Shown here one piece after another: positions 19,717 through 29,532 of a DNA stretch of 64,000 nucleotides. Origin of the DNA: Anaerolineae bacterium. GTDB lineage: Bacteria > Chloroflexota > Anaerolineae > B4-G1 > SLSP01. Location of the stretch: NCBI GenBank assembly GCA_025454475.1, contig JALOOJ010000014.1, positions 179 through 64,178 on the forward strand, read 5' to 3'. The notes beneath the pieces were generated by a model that was not told the DNA's origin, ran no database searches, and saw only the letters and a program-made list of their open reading frames with translations. The position numbers and the translations under genes are program-made. Each line of letters opens with the position of its first letter. The stretch's first letter is position 1.

Positions 19717-20232
19717 CTACGAGCGGGCGGTTCGGAAACCGTGGGCGAAGAGTGTCTTCAGGACGAGCCCAACCCAGCCGACGGCCCAGAACCCGAGGAG
19801 GATGCCCGCCAGAGCCACTTTTTGCTCGTCGACGATGGGCTTGACGTGTGTTCCATCTGGACCGACCTCGATGTAGGCGATGGGACGTACATGCGCGCCA
19901 GCCCCGCCGCCTGCGCCGCTCGCTGGCTCGTGTACGTCGCATTCACAGGGCTCGTCCTCACAGCAGCCCTCGTCCGCGCAGCATGCCTCGCCCTCGGGTT
20001 CAGTCTCACTGCCGCATTCGCACTCGCCTTCACACTCACACTCTTCCTCACATCCGCACGAACATTCCGGCGGCTCTGAGGTTCCTGCTCCCATTCCGAA
20101 GCCATACGTCACCTCAGCCACGGGGATAAGCGTGCGTCCCTCAATGACCTGCGGTTTTCCGAACACCGCGTCCACGTTGGCCTCGGCAGACATCTTCTCG
20201 AATCGGTTCACCAGTGCTGTGATTGCTTCCAT
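19717..20232 (-). CDS. GerW/YtfJ-family (Spore_YtfJ) protein with an internal Cys/Glu-rich insertion and a C-terminal TM helix
   Basis: Both conserved halves of the YtfJ fold flank a 48-residue insert with 13 Cys (PECSCGCEEECECEGECECGSETEPEGEACCADEGCCEDEPCECDVHEP). Confidence 0.7.
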   Translation of the reverse strand: MEAITALVNRFEKMSAEANVDAVFGKPQVIEGRTLIPVAEVTYGFGMGAGTSEPPECSCGCEEECECEGECECGSETEPEGEACCADEGCCEDEPCECDVHEPASGAGGGAGAHVRPIAYIEVGPDGTHVKPIVDEQKVALAGILLGFWAVGWVGLVLKTLFAHGFRTARS

Positions 20233-20246
20233 TCAACTAGCCTCCT

Positions 20247-20549
20247 CTATCTACGCCACAGGAATCGGATCGCGCCTATCAGGAATACGGCGGCCAAGGC
20301 GATACCTACGGCTGGAGCAGCCATGGTACTGATCGTGGCTGTCGTTTCATTGGGAATCTCCATCCATTGTGCGCCCTCGGGTCCCTCAACCACGATCGAT
20401 ACTGGTCTTGCCTTCACTTGGCGGAATAGCCCACGCCCCGGCACTCCATAGGCCGTTGTATCCACGAGGACTGAGGGCAATAATCTCACCTCGCCCAGGT
20501 CGATCGGCGTTGCTGCCACCAATCGGGTTCGTTTTTCGGGTAGCTTCAT
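20247..20549 (-). CDS. hypothetical small protein with C-terminal TM helix
   Basis: ORF 20247-20642, start placed at the internal Met (MKLPEKRTRL). Co-directional and tightly spaced with the GerW-like gene. Confidence 0.4.
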   Translation of the reverse strand: MKLPEKRTRLVAATPIDLGEVRLLPSVLVDTTAYGVPGRGLFRQVKARPVSIVVEGPEGAQWMEIPNETTATISTMAAPAVGIALAAVFLIGAIRFLWRR

Positions 20550-20574
20550 GGATACCTCCATACGGGAAGGCGCC

Positions 20575-20895
20575 TCATTGCAGGAGCGCGTCCTTGTCAC
20601 AGTAACTCGGCCATCCGTTGGGCAGATCCAGGTCACAGACATCGGAATCCACGGGATAGCGGGTCAGCTCAAGCGCCATATCCAGGCCATCGGCGATGTC
20701 GTCCAGTGTCGTGGCCATCGGCGTGTCGGTCCAGCGTAGATCGGTGATGTGCTCCCGAATCCACCTGGAGGCCATCAGCCGTTGTGACTCAGGGACCTTG
20801 AGCAAGATGACCTCGCCCTGGCCGATAGCGTCCAGCAACGCATCGAGGCTGCTATAGCCCATCATCTTCGCGATCTCACGTGCTCGGTCGATCAT
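20575..20895 (-). CDS. hypothetical acidic protein
   Basis: 106 aa, no recognisable motif; first gene of the minus-strand cluster ending in pgeF. Confidence 0.4.
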   Translation of the reverse strand: MIDRAREIAKMMGYSSLDALLDAIGQGEVILLKVPESQRLMASRWIREHITDLRWTDTPMATTLDDIADGLDMALELTRYPVDSDVCDLDLPNGWPSYCDKDALLQ

Positions 20896-20940
20896 AGTGT
20901 CACTCCTTGTCGCGCCACATTAACGTCAGTATACCTTCGT

Positions 20941-22821
20941 TCAGCCGATGAAACCAGCCTGAGGGATCAAGTCAGCGTAGTCCTGGACTGAGCCCTGATC
21001 CAGACAGCACTCGATGATCCGGCGCCCGAGGGGATCCAAGCTATCAGTCAAGAAGAGGCCCAGTTGCTGGTGGAAGAAATCGGTCAGAATACGTGCGCCC
21101 TGGTCGTAGCCGTCATTGCCGACCTCGGGCTGAGTGTTCACTTGCAGGAACCACCGGGCAACAAACCGGCCCTCCAACTGCAGTTGGTGGAGTGCATAGC
21201 CGAGCAAGGGGCTGCGCGCTGGGCGAATCTGGTCAGCCTTGAACTTGGCGCTTCCCCGACGCGCCAGATACTCGCGCATAAGCCACTCAGCCATGAACCC
21301 GACGCGCCATGCGCCGATGTACTGGTTGGGGCAGAGCACATAGCGCGTGTTGAGATTGTCTCGGAATTGCGTCAGCAGCAGATTGGCTTGATCGACGCGC
21401 AGGCCGGTCGCAAAAGGCCAATAGGAGCCCACGCCCTCGCTGCTCATACCCTTGGTGTCGATGATGCTCGGGCTGTCGTGCCCGCGCGGTGCAGCGAGTC
21501 GCCACAGCCACGCCAGTGCCGGCGGTAGCAGGTGAAAGAGGCCGATGATCCCATACGTAGGATGCTCCTCTGTACACGGGGGCGTGCGGACGCCGAAGCT
21601 GCGGATGTCGACCTGCACCGGCTCGTTGACGATATTGGGGAAGATGCTGCGCGGGACAACCACGCGTGGATTTGGGCAAGGCTTTCCTGGCGTGTCTTCA
21701 ATGTGCTCCCAGATCAGGGCACGGCTACCGGGCACTGCATAGAGGTTCATAAAGAGCAGCGGTTCGGACGGCTCCGCCGTCAGGCGTTCCAGGTGGACAT
21801 CGGTCCCGTAGTGATCGATATGGTTGACGCGGAGAAACCACGCATCTTCGGCATCGACGACGGTGAGTTTGCCGGAGCCGGTTTGCAGCGAGGGGTGGCA
21901 GAGCGCCATGTCATCGGCTACGGGGTATAACTCGCAAGATCGTGGGATCTCGAGGTAGCGGCGCTCGCCGGTCAGCATGTTCTCCCCGAGCAGTAGCCGC
22001 CCGTCTTCCTCACGCTGTGCGTGCTCCAGAAGCTCGCTCTTGCCACCTCCGCTCGCAGCTTCGTGCATCATCGTTGTCACGTTATCGTAGGGTGTCACCA
22101 CCATCACGGCCGAACAGTGCGCAGTCACCCATCCCTCTTTTTCGCCCTGGGCCAGCAACATTCCGTATACACCCTTTTTTGCGCTCGGGCCCGGGTAGAG
22201 GTTGTAGGAGAACATCTCGTGCAGGTCCGGCATGCGGTTGTGGACGACCACCTGTCTGCCGTCGAAGTGCGTGTGCCTGAAGGGTGGGGCCACGTAGATG
22301 ATCGACTTAGGGCAAAAGTCCTCGGGGATGTCTTCCTCAGCGATGATGCCTTGCAGGAGGGCGAGACTCATTCCGAAGAACCCCGCGTTTGCGGGCGCGA
22401 TGACCACGGAATCCTGTCCCATGCCGCGCTGCCCAGTCACATAGCCAAACATCATCAGCGGGCGCGCTGCCAGCCAATCGAAGGTGGCTTGGCGCATCGG
22501 CGCGAACTCGCTTCCGTAGCGCTCCAGGTACGTAGGCTTATCGGTAGGACCGTCGTCGGCGACGACCAGGCAGTCGGGATCGCGCCGTCGCATGTAGGGT
22601 TCGGGGTAGTTGACCGAAACGCCATTGCGCACCCGGGCGACAATTGCCTCGACGACGTCGCCCTGCTCAGGTACGTCATACGAGACTTCGAAGTGGCTGC
22701 TGCCCATCCCGCCGCAGGCGAGGTTGACCAGTTCAGTCACAGTGCTGGCAATCGTCAGGCTGGGACAAGCTTTGACGATCCGCGCGGCCTCCGCAGGTAG
22801 ATGATATCGCTCCCAATCCAT
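20941..22821 (-). CDS. large uncharacterised protein, DUF4914-like, with an HprK/PEPCK-like P-loop (ASGGGKSE)
   Basis: About 626 aa from Met MDWERYHL; the long ORF begins at 22950. Family assignment is from memory only. P-loop-like motif seen directly. Confidence 0.55.
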   Translation of the reverse strand: MDWERYHLPAEAARIVKACPSLTIASTVTELVNLACGGMGSSHFEVSYDVPEQGDVVEAIVARVRNGVSVNYPEPYMRRRDPDCLVVADDGPTDKPTYLERYGSEFAPMRQATFDWLAARPLMMFGYVTGQRGMGQDSVVIAPANAGFFGMSLALLQGIIAEEDIPEDFCPKSIIYVAPPFRHTHFDGRQVVVHNRMPDLHEMFSYNLYPGPSAKKGVYGMLLAQGEKEGWVTAHCSAVMVVTPYDNVTTMMHEAASGGGKSELLEHAQREEDGRLLLGENMLTGERRYLEIPRSCELYPVADDMALCHPSLQTGSGKLTVVDAEDAWFLRVNHIDHYGTDVHLERLTAEPSEPLLFMNLYAVPGSRALIWEHIEDTPGKPCPNPRVVVPRSIFPNIVNEPVQVDIRSFGVRTPPCTEEHPTYGIIGLFHLLPPALAWLWRLAAPRGHDSPSIIDTKGMSSEGVGSYWPFATGLRVDQANLLLTQFRDNLNTRYVLCPNQYIGAWRVGFMAEWLMREYLARRGSAKFKADQIRPARSPLLGYALHQLQLEGRFVARWFLQVNTQPEVGNDGYDQGARILTDFFHQQLGLFLTDSLDPLGRRIIECCLDQGSVQDYADLIPQAGFIG

Positions 22822-22907
22822 GGCCTTCTCTCCTCTTCCTTTCCCTTGGGATAGCACAAGCGGCGCCTTTGACTTGCGCCGCCTGTCATCCCTCAACCCC
22901 GAATCTC

Positions 22908-25900
22908 TTAGGTCATCCCCGGCGGCGTTTGCGCTCGAAGCGCTCGCCACAATCGCTCAGGTGTTACCGGCGTTCGCTGGACCATCACGCCAGTGGCGTC
23001 ATAGATCGCATTGATGACCGCAGGGGCGACCCCATTGACGACGATCTCCGCCACTGACTTGACACCCACAGGGTGCGACGGCTCGAAGGTCTCGACGAAG
23101 AGCGTTTGCATCGGTGGCATTTCGTCAGCGCGGAGCACGCGGTAGTCATCGAAGCGCGGGTTCACGGTGCGGCCCTGATCGTCGTAGATAAGCTCCTCGG
23201 TCAGCGCATAGCCCAACGCCTGATGCATCCCGCCCTCCGCCTGGCCGCTTGCCGTCAGGGGGTTGACGATCTGCCCGGAGTCCAGGGCGATCAGCAGGTT
23301 GTCTACCACTGTCTGGCCGGTCTCGGTGTCGACGGTGACCTCGGCAAACTGTGCGCCGAAGGGCGGCGGGCTCACAGGACTCACAAACGATGCGTGCCCC
23401 ATGATTTGGTGCTGGTTCTGCGTGTGGAGCGCGAACAGCGCGATCTCGCGAAGCCCCAAGCTTGCGCCGTCCTTGCGCCAGGCCCGTCCACCCCTCAGCG
23501 TGAAAGCCGAAGGAGCGCCCCCGACCATCTCCGCAGCCACGGCCCGGATCTGGTCCGCTACTGCGTTTGCAGCCCGGGCAACGGCCCCGCCACTGACATA
23601 GGTAGTACTGGACGCGTAGGCGCCCTTGTCGAAGGGCGTCACGTCCGTGTCCGAAGACCGGATGATCAGGTTCGTCAGACTGCAGCCCAGGACCTCTGCA
23701 GCGATCTGGCCCAACACCGTGTCGGATCCCGTGCCCAAGTCGGTGGCGCCGATCATCAAGTTGAACGAGCCATCGTCGTTCATCTTGATATTTGCCGCCC
23801 CCATGTCCAAGTTGGGGATCCCTGAGCCCTGCATCAGGAAGGCAACGCCGATTCCACGGCGCAGGTGCGGCTTGCCCCAGACCACGTGCCAGTCTGGGTG
23901 GCCGAACTTTCGGGACCAGTCGACGGCTGCTGCGCCCTGGATGGCCGCCTCACGCAGCGCGTTGGTTTCGATGATTTCGCCACGGGCCTCGCGTCCCTCA
24001 CTCCACGTCTTGCTCATGATGTTTTCGGTGTGTGGGGCGATGATGTTGCGCAGGCGGAACTCCAATGGATCGAGTCCCAGTTCGTGCGCCGCGCGCGTGA
24101 TAAGCGTCTCGGTAGCGATGACCCCCTGGGTGACGCCATAGCCGCGGAAGGCCCCCGCACGGGGGAGGTTCGTGTAGTAGGTCTCGCCCCGGAAGCGAAC
24201 GTTGGGGGTGTTGTATAGCGGGAGGGTCTTGTGTCCGGTGTTGCCCAGCACCGTCAGCCCGTGCCCGCCGTAGGCGCCCGTGTCGCTGATGGCGTGCATA
24301 TCCTGCGCGACCATGATGCCGTCCGCGTCGACGCCGATGCGATACGTCACTCGCATCGGGTGCCGCGTGGTCGTGTAGATGAACTGCTCCTCGCGCGTGA
24401 GCTCCAGGAAGACTGGGCGCCCGGTGGCGATCGTCAAGTGCGCCGGGATGTCCTCGTAGATCTCCTGTTTATTGCCGAAGGCCGCCCCGATGCGCGGTTT
24501 GATCACGCGGATGCGGCTTTCGGGGAGTCCCAGAACCGGCGCCAGAATCCTGCGTACGTGAAATGGAACCTGCGTCGAGGCCAGGATGACCAGCCGGTCG
24601 TCCTCGTCCCAATACGTCAGGGTCACCCAAGGTTCCAGGGGGACGTGCTTCATCTTCTGCGTGTCGACGGTAGTTTCGAAGACCCGAGCCGCACGGCCAC
24701 ATGCGTCATCGACATTACCGACCTCAAGGTCCACCTTGGCGACGAGGTTCCGGGCGGGGTCGCTCTCCCCGAATCTAGCATAGTCGTCCTGATCGTGGAT
24801 GATCGGCGCGCCCTCTGCCATAGCGGCATCCATCGTTAGCGCCGCCGGTAGCACCTCGTAGTCTACCCGGATCAGACCAATGGCTTCCTCCGCAATCTCG
24901 GGGCTGTCGGCAGCCACTGCCGCCACACGATCGCCCACATAGCGAACCTTCCGGTCGAAACTCACGTAGTCCAGCGGTCCAGGAATGGGGTAAGACTGCC
25001 CGGCTGTTGAGTAGACGACGCGGGGCACGTTCTTGTGGCACAGTACCGCACGCACGCCGGGCAGGTTCTCAGCCTCGCGCGTGTCAATCTCCCTGATTCG
25101 CGCATGGGCGTGGGGGCTGTGGAGGATCTTGGCATAGAGCATCCCGGGACGCTCGAAATCGGCTACGAAGGCTGCGTGTCCCTGCACGAGCTTCGGCGCA
25201 TCCACTTTGGGTAGGGGCTGGCCGACGACATCGAAGCGCTGCCCCTCCGTTGAGACAAAGACTGTCGGATGCGTCTGGATGCGAGTCTGTGTGGCTGAAT
25301 GAGGTGCACCACCGGACTCCAGGGGCTCGGGTTCGACGCTGGGGGCGGGGCCAAACGGGCTGGGAGGGAGCAAGTCGTCGGGCATACGATACAGATCGGC
25401 GGTCGCGTCATCGCCGATGGGGCCGAGGTCCTCGCCGCGCATGATCGCGGCTGCGCGCAGGATTGCGGAAACGGGCTTCGCATACCCGGTCTCGCGCGAT
25501 ACAATGCCACTGATGGCATCGCGAACTTCCGCCTCGGTAGGGGTGCGCGTGCGCTCCAATAGCGCCAGCCCCGCGAGGATCAGGGCAGGTGTGTCGTAGC
25601 CGCTCTGGATCGCCCCGGTGTCGATGAAGGCCTGCTGCAGCGGGTGCCACGCGGGACCACGGTCCCAGCCCAGTAGCTGCGGCCCCCTCAGCCCTTCGAG
25701 CGTCAGGACCTCAGCGCCATCTACCTGGGCGGCGAGCAGGGTCACACTGCTCACCGCGTGCCCGTTCACCAATACCGTGCTATACCCATCGGCGCCGTCC
25801 TCGCTGCCGAACTTCATACTGTGCAGACCAGGCCGCTGGGAAGCGGGACGCCGGAGAAGGCGAAACAAGGTGTCTCGTGGTGATATGTCGAACTGGCGTT

Positions 25901-25931
25901 TTTCTCCGTTTAGGGTAATGGTGATCTGCAT
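22908..25931 (-). CDS. xanthine dehydrogenase/aldehyde oxidase-family molybdopterin-binding subunit with a fused N-terminal cysteine-less [2Fe-2S]-type domain
   Basis: N-terminus aligns to CoxS/XdhA-type 2Fe-2S subunits (TLNGEK...TLLxxLR...TVLVNG...QQAFIDTGAIQSGYDTPALI) but every Cys position is substituted. Followed by a/b hammerhead (HSPHAHARI...GVRAVL) and MoCo-binding domains. Start at MQITITLNG (25931). Confidence 0.85.
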   Translation of the reverse strand: MQITITLNGEKRQFDISPRDTLFRLLRRPASQRPGLHSMKFGSEDGADGYSTVLVNGHAVSSVTLLAAQVDGAEVLTLEGLRGPQLLGWDRGPAWHPLQQAFIDTGAIQSGYDTPALILAGLALLERTRTPTEAEVRDAISGIVSRETGYAKPVSAILRAAAIMRGEDLGPIGDDATADLYRMPDDLLPPSPFGPAPSVEPEPLESGGAPHSATQTRIQTHPTVFVSTEGQRFDVVGQPLPKVDAPKLVQGHAAFVADFERPGMLYAKILHSPHAHARIREIDTREAENLPGVRAVLCHKNVPRVVYSTAGQSYPIPGPLDYVSFDRKVRYVGDRVAAVAADSPEIAEEAIGLIRVDYEVLPAALTMDAAMAEGAPIIHDQDDYARFGESDPARNLVAKVDLEVGNVDDACGRAARVFETTVDTQKMKHVPLEPWVTLTYWDEDDRLVILASTQVPFHVRRILAPVLGLPESRIRVIKPRIGAAFGNKQEIYEDIPAHLTIATGRPVFLELTREEQFIYTTTRHPMRVTYRIGVDADGIMVAQDMHAISDTGAYGGHGLTVLGNTGHKTLPLYNTPNVRFRGETYYTNLPRAGAFRGYGVTQGVIATETLITRAAHELGLDPLEFRLRNIIAPHTENIMSKTWSEGREARGEIIETNALREAAIQGAAAVDWSRKFGHPDWHVVWGKPHLRRGIGVAFLMQGSGIPNLDMGAANIKMNDDGSFNLMIGATDLGTGSDTVLGQIAAEVLGCSLTNLIIRSSDTDVTPFDKGAYASSTTYVSGGAVARAANAVADQIRAVAAEMVGGAPSAFTLRGGRAWRKDGASLGLREIALFALHTQNQHQIMGHASFVSPVSPPPFGAQFAEVTVDTETGQTVVDNLLIALDSGQIVNPLTASGQAEGGMHQALGYALTEELIYDDQGRTVNPRFDDYRVLRADEMPPMQTLFVETFEPSHPVGVKSVAEIVVNGVAPAVINAIYDATGVMVQRTPVTPERLWRALRAQTPPGMT

Positions 25932-26144
25932 AAAGTCCTCGTCCATGCCGCTCGGGAGCGTTGAGACCGGGATGTTTTTCGATTATCCGAGCCATTGTAC
26001 CGGGATTGATGCGTCTGTCAAAGGTCTGAGGCGTAGGTTTCAGGGCTGAGTGTGCTATAATTGGATTGGATCGTGACACTCATTGCCTTCGGGCTCTGGG
26101 CACCCGCTGTCAGAATGCCTCGTCACGACACCTCGGGAGATCCA

Positions 26145-26897
26145 ATGAGCAGGAGCGAGGATCCTTTGCACAAAGTGCAGGCCAACCTGAACTACCAATT
26201 CCGTGACCCTGCATTGCTCGAGCTTGCGCTTACCCATCCCTCATATGCTCACGAGCATCCGGACGAGGGTGGGGAGGAGCATCACAATCAGAGACTCGAG
26301 TTTCTTGGGGATGCGGTCCTGGATTTCCTGGTTGCTGCATGGCTCTATCGCACCTACCGCGGCTTTCCGGAAGGTCCACTCACGCGCTTGCGGGCGACCC
26401 TCGTGCGTACGACCACGCTCGCTGATCTGGCGCGGGAACTGGAGCTGGGGGATGCGCTCCGGCTCGGACGGGGTGAGGAAGAGAGTGGCGGCGATGCGCG
26501 TTCGGCGAATCTGTGCGATGTGCTGGAGGCCACAATAGGCGCCCTATATCTCGACGCCGGCCTGGATGCGATCTGGACGCGACTGGAGCCATGGTTCGCG
26601 CAGAGAGCTGAAGCGATTCTGGACGCGGAGTCCTACGTGGACGCCAAGTCGCGGTTCCAGGAATGGGCGCAGGCCGAACTCGGTGCCACGCCGGCCTACC
26701 AAATTGTCGCAGAAGAAGGCCCAGACCACGCGAAGACCTTTACCGCACAGGTACTGGTTGGGCACCAGATCGCGGGAGAGGGGATCGGCGCAAGCAAGCG
26801 GCTGGCTGAACAGGCCGCGGCGCGGGCAGCTTGGGCTGGTTACCCGCGAGCCGGTCGTGGAAACGACCGAGGCCGTCAGAACGGCTTGGAGGGATAG
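26145..26897 (+). CDS. rnc: ribonuclease III
   Basis: RNase III signature [20 protein letters not shown], catalytic E ([13 protein letters not shown]), C-terminal dsRBD (KSRFQEWAQ...). Start at Met 26145 within the longer ORF. Confidence 0.85.
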   Translation: MSRSEDPLHKVQANLNYQFRDPALLELALTHPSYAHEHPDEGGEEHHNQRLEFLGDAVLDFLVAAWLYRTYRGFPEGPLTRLRATLVRTTTLADLARELELGDALRLGRGEEESGGDARSANLCDVLEATIGALYLDAGLDAIWTRLEPWFAQRAEAILDAESYVDAKSRFQEWAQAELGATPAYQIVAEEGPDHAKTFTAQVLVGHQIAGEGIGASKRLAEQAAARAAWAGYPRAGRGNDRGRQNGLEG

Positions 26898-26902
26898 CAC
26901 TG

Positions 26903-29386
26903 ATGATGCGCTTTGATCGTTTCACCGAGCGGGCACAAGAAGCTGCCCAGCGGGCTGTGGAGCTGATGACCCGGTACGGGCATAGCCAGGTTGATGTCGA
27001 ACACCTATTGTTGGCGTTGGTGCAGCAGAAGGATGGGACCGTTCCGTCGTTGCTTACTGAGTTAGGTGCCGATCCTGCTGTGATTGCAGACGCGCTTGAC
27101 AATCAACTGCGCGATAGTCCCCGCCCGGGGATCTATGGCGCGCGCGGCAATCAGCAAGTTTTCATCACTCCGCGGGTGAAGCGGGTGCTGGACGCCAGCC
27201 AAGAAGAAGCTACAGCGCTGAAGGACGAGTACATCTCGACTGAGCACATCCTTCTGGCGATTACCCACGAGCTCAATACCCCTGTGGCACGTATGCTGGG
27301 AGAGCACAACATCACTCACGAGCGGGTGAAGGAGGCGATTCAGCAGATGCGGGGGGGGCAGCGTCTGACCACGCCTCAGGCGGAGAGCAAGTATCGGACG
27401 CTGGAGCGATACAGCCGAGACTTGACGCAGTTGGCCCGGGAGCACAAGCTCGATCCGGTGATCGGTCGCTCTGGGGAGATCCAGCGGGTGATCCAGATCC
27501 TCGTGCGGCGGACCAAGAACAATCCGGTTCTGATCGGCGAGCCCGGGGTGGGCAAGACGGCGATCGTGGAGGGACTGGCGCAGAATATTGCCAGCGATGA
27601 TGTGCCCGAGATTCTGAAGCACAAGCGACTCTTGCTCCTGGATCTGGGTGCGCTGGTTGCGGGGACCCGCTTCCGTGGGGAGTTCGAGGAGCGGCTGAAA
27701 TCGATTCTGGAGGAGCTTCAGCGGTCAGAGGGGGAGAACATCCTGTTCATCGACGAGCTGCACACCGTTGTGGGCGCGGGGAATGCGCAGGGAGCTCTGG
27801 ACGCGTCGAATATGATCAAGCCGGCCCTGGCGCGCGGGCAGTTGCAGTGCATCGGCGCGACTACGCTGGATGAGTACCGGCAGTACATCGAGAAGGATGG
27901 CGCACTGGAGCGGCGTTTTGCGCCGGTCTTTGTTGAGGAACCCTCGGTCGAGGATACGATCGCGATGTTGCGGGGCTTGCGCGACCGCTATGAAGCGCAC
28001 CACAAGGTGCGTATTAGCGATGAGGCATTGGTCGCTGCGGCACGTCTCTCTCATCGCTATGTCACCGATCGTCACTTGCCGGACAAGGCCATTGACCTGA
28101 TGGATGAGGCATCGGCCAAGCTACGGGTCACGTTGTTCACTCTGCCGCCGGACCTCAAGCGGATGGAGGCTGAGATCAATCGACTGCGGGTCGAGGAGGA
28201 AGCTGCCGGCAACACGCGCGACTACGAGCGCGCGGCCGAGGCTAAGACTGAGCGTTTGCGCGCCGAGCAAGCTTTCTCCGAAGCGTGGTTGAGCAGCCAC
28301 CAGCTTGACGAGACGGTCGAGGCGGAGGATATCGCCGACGTCGTGTCAGCGTGGACCGGAATCCCGGTCTACCAGGTGATGGAGAAAGAGGCCGACAAGC
28401 TGTTGCGGATGGAGGAAGCGCTGCGGGAGCGCATTGTGGGGCAGGATGAGGCGATCGGCGTGATCGCCGACGCGATCCGCCGCGCCCGCGCCGGGCTGAA
28501 GGATCCCCAGCGGCCTATTGGAAGTTTCGTCTTCCTGGGCGCTTCCGGCGTCGGCAAGACCGAGACAGCCAAAGCGTTGGCGGCATTCCTTTTCGATGAC
28601 GAGGATGCGCTGCTGCGCATTGATATGAGTGAGTATCGCGAAGGTCATACGGTCTCACGGCTGTTCGGGGCGCCGCCGGGATACGTCGGCTACGATCAGG
28701 GTGGGCAGTTGACCGAGGCCGTGCGCCGTCGCCCCTATCAGGTAGTGCTATTTGACGAGATTGAGAAGGCACACTCGGATGTCTGGAATGCGATGTTGCA
28801 GATCCTGGATGAGGGACGCCTGACCGATGGCCAGGGGCGAACGGTGGACTTCCGTAACACGGTCGTCATCATGACATCCAACGTGGGCACGGACTATATG
28901 AGCCGCGGTGGGGCATTGGGGTTTGCCAGGGGCCGGGACGAGGAGGAGGAGCAGAATCACCGCCGAACCCTGTCGGCCCTGAAGGAGACCTTCCGCCCCG
29001 AGTTCATCAACCGGGTCGATGAGATCATCATCTTCAATAACCTCACGCGCGCCGACGTCGAGCGTATCGTGGACCTCCAGATGCAGGAGATCCGCGAGAG
29101 GTTGCTGGAACACGGTCTGCACGTGACGTTGACCGACGCGGCCAAGGGCTGGCTTGCTGAGCAGGGCTACGATCCCCAGTTCGGCGCCAGGCCGCTGCGC
29201 CGGGTGATCCAACGCTGCGTTGAGAGTCCGCTCAGTATCGACCTGTTGCGGGGCCAGTTCACCGGCGGCGCTAATGTCCTGGTCGACCTCGCAGCCAATG
29301 CTCTGGTGTTCCGTGCTCTGTCCGAGGAGGCTGTTGAGGTAACGTCTGTGGTCGAATCGGTTGATCTGGAGCAAGAGGGCCCCTGA
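26903..29386 (+). CDS. clpB: ATP-dependent chaperone ClpB
   Basis: Clp N domain, two AAA+ modules (GEPGVGKTA and GASGVGKTE), long coiled-coil M domain between them, [15 protein letters not shown] sensor region. Confidence 0.9.
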   Translation: MMRFDRFTERAQEAAQRAVELMTRYGHSQVDVEHLLLALVQQKDGTVPSLLTELGADPAVIADALDNQLRDSPRPGIYGARGNQQVFITPRVKRVLDASQEEATALKDEYISTEHILLAITHELNTPVARMLGEHNITHERVKEAIQQMRGGQRLTTPQAESKYRTLERYSRDLTQLAREHKLDPVIGRSGEIQRVIQILVRRTKNNPVLIGEPGVGKTAIVEGLAQNIASDDVPEILKHKRLLLLDLGALVAGTRFRGEFEERLKSILEELQRSEGENILFIDELHTVVGAGNAQGALDASNMIKPALARGQLQCIGATTLDEYRQYIEKDGALERRFAPVFVEEPSVEDTIAMLRGLRDRYEAHHKVRISDEALVAAARLSHRYVTDRHLPDKAIDLMDEASAKLRVTLFTLPPDLKRMEAEINRLRVEEEAAGNTRDYERAAEAKTERLRAEQAFSEAWLSSHQLDETVEAEDIADVVSAWTGIPVYQVMEKEADKLLRMEEALRERIVGQDEAIGVIADAIRRARAGLKDPQRPIGSFVFLGASGVGKTETAKALAAFLFDDEDALLRIDMSEYREGHTVSRLFGAPPGYVGYDQGGQLTEAVRRRPYQVVLFDEIEKAHSDVWNAMLQILDEGRLTDGQGRTVDFRNTVVIMTSNVGTDYMSRGGALGFARGRDEEEEQNHRRTLSALKETFRPEFINRVDEIIIFNNLTRADVERIVDLQMQEIRERLLEHGLHVTLTDAAKGWLAEQGYDPQFGARPLRRVIQRCVESPLSIDLLRGQFTGGANVLVDLAANALVFRALSEEAVEVTSVVESVDLEQEGP

Positions 29387-29532
29387 CTCACGGAAGCTTC
29401 AGTGCCTCACGGGATCTGATGAAAGGAGGTGCATCCGGCAGCGACTTCGTCGTACTGGGGTGGCTTGTCTCGAAGTGTGTTGTTAGCAAAGCCGGCGTTT
29501 CGGTTTCACTCAAACCAAGGAGGGTTTTCTCT

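Noticed and set aside
22021-22800. 259-aa plus-strand ORF
   Set aside because: Antisense within the DUF4914-like gene.
23073-24839. Several plus-strand ORFs (250 aa, 202 aa, etc.)
   Set aside because: All antisense to the well-supported XDH-family gene.
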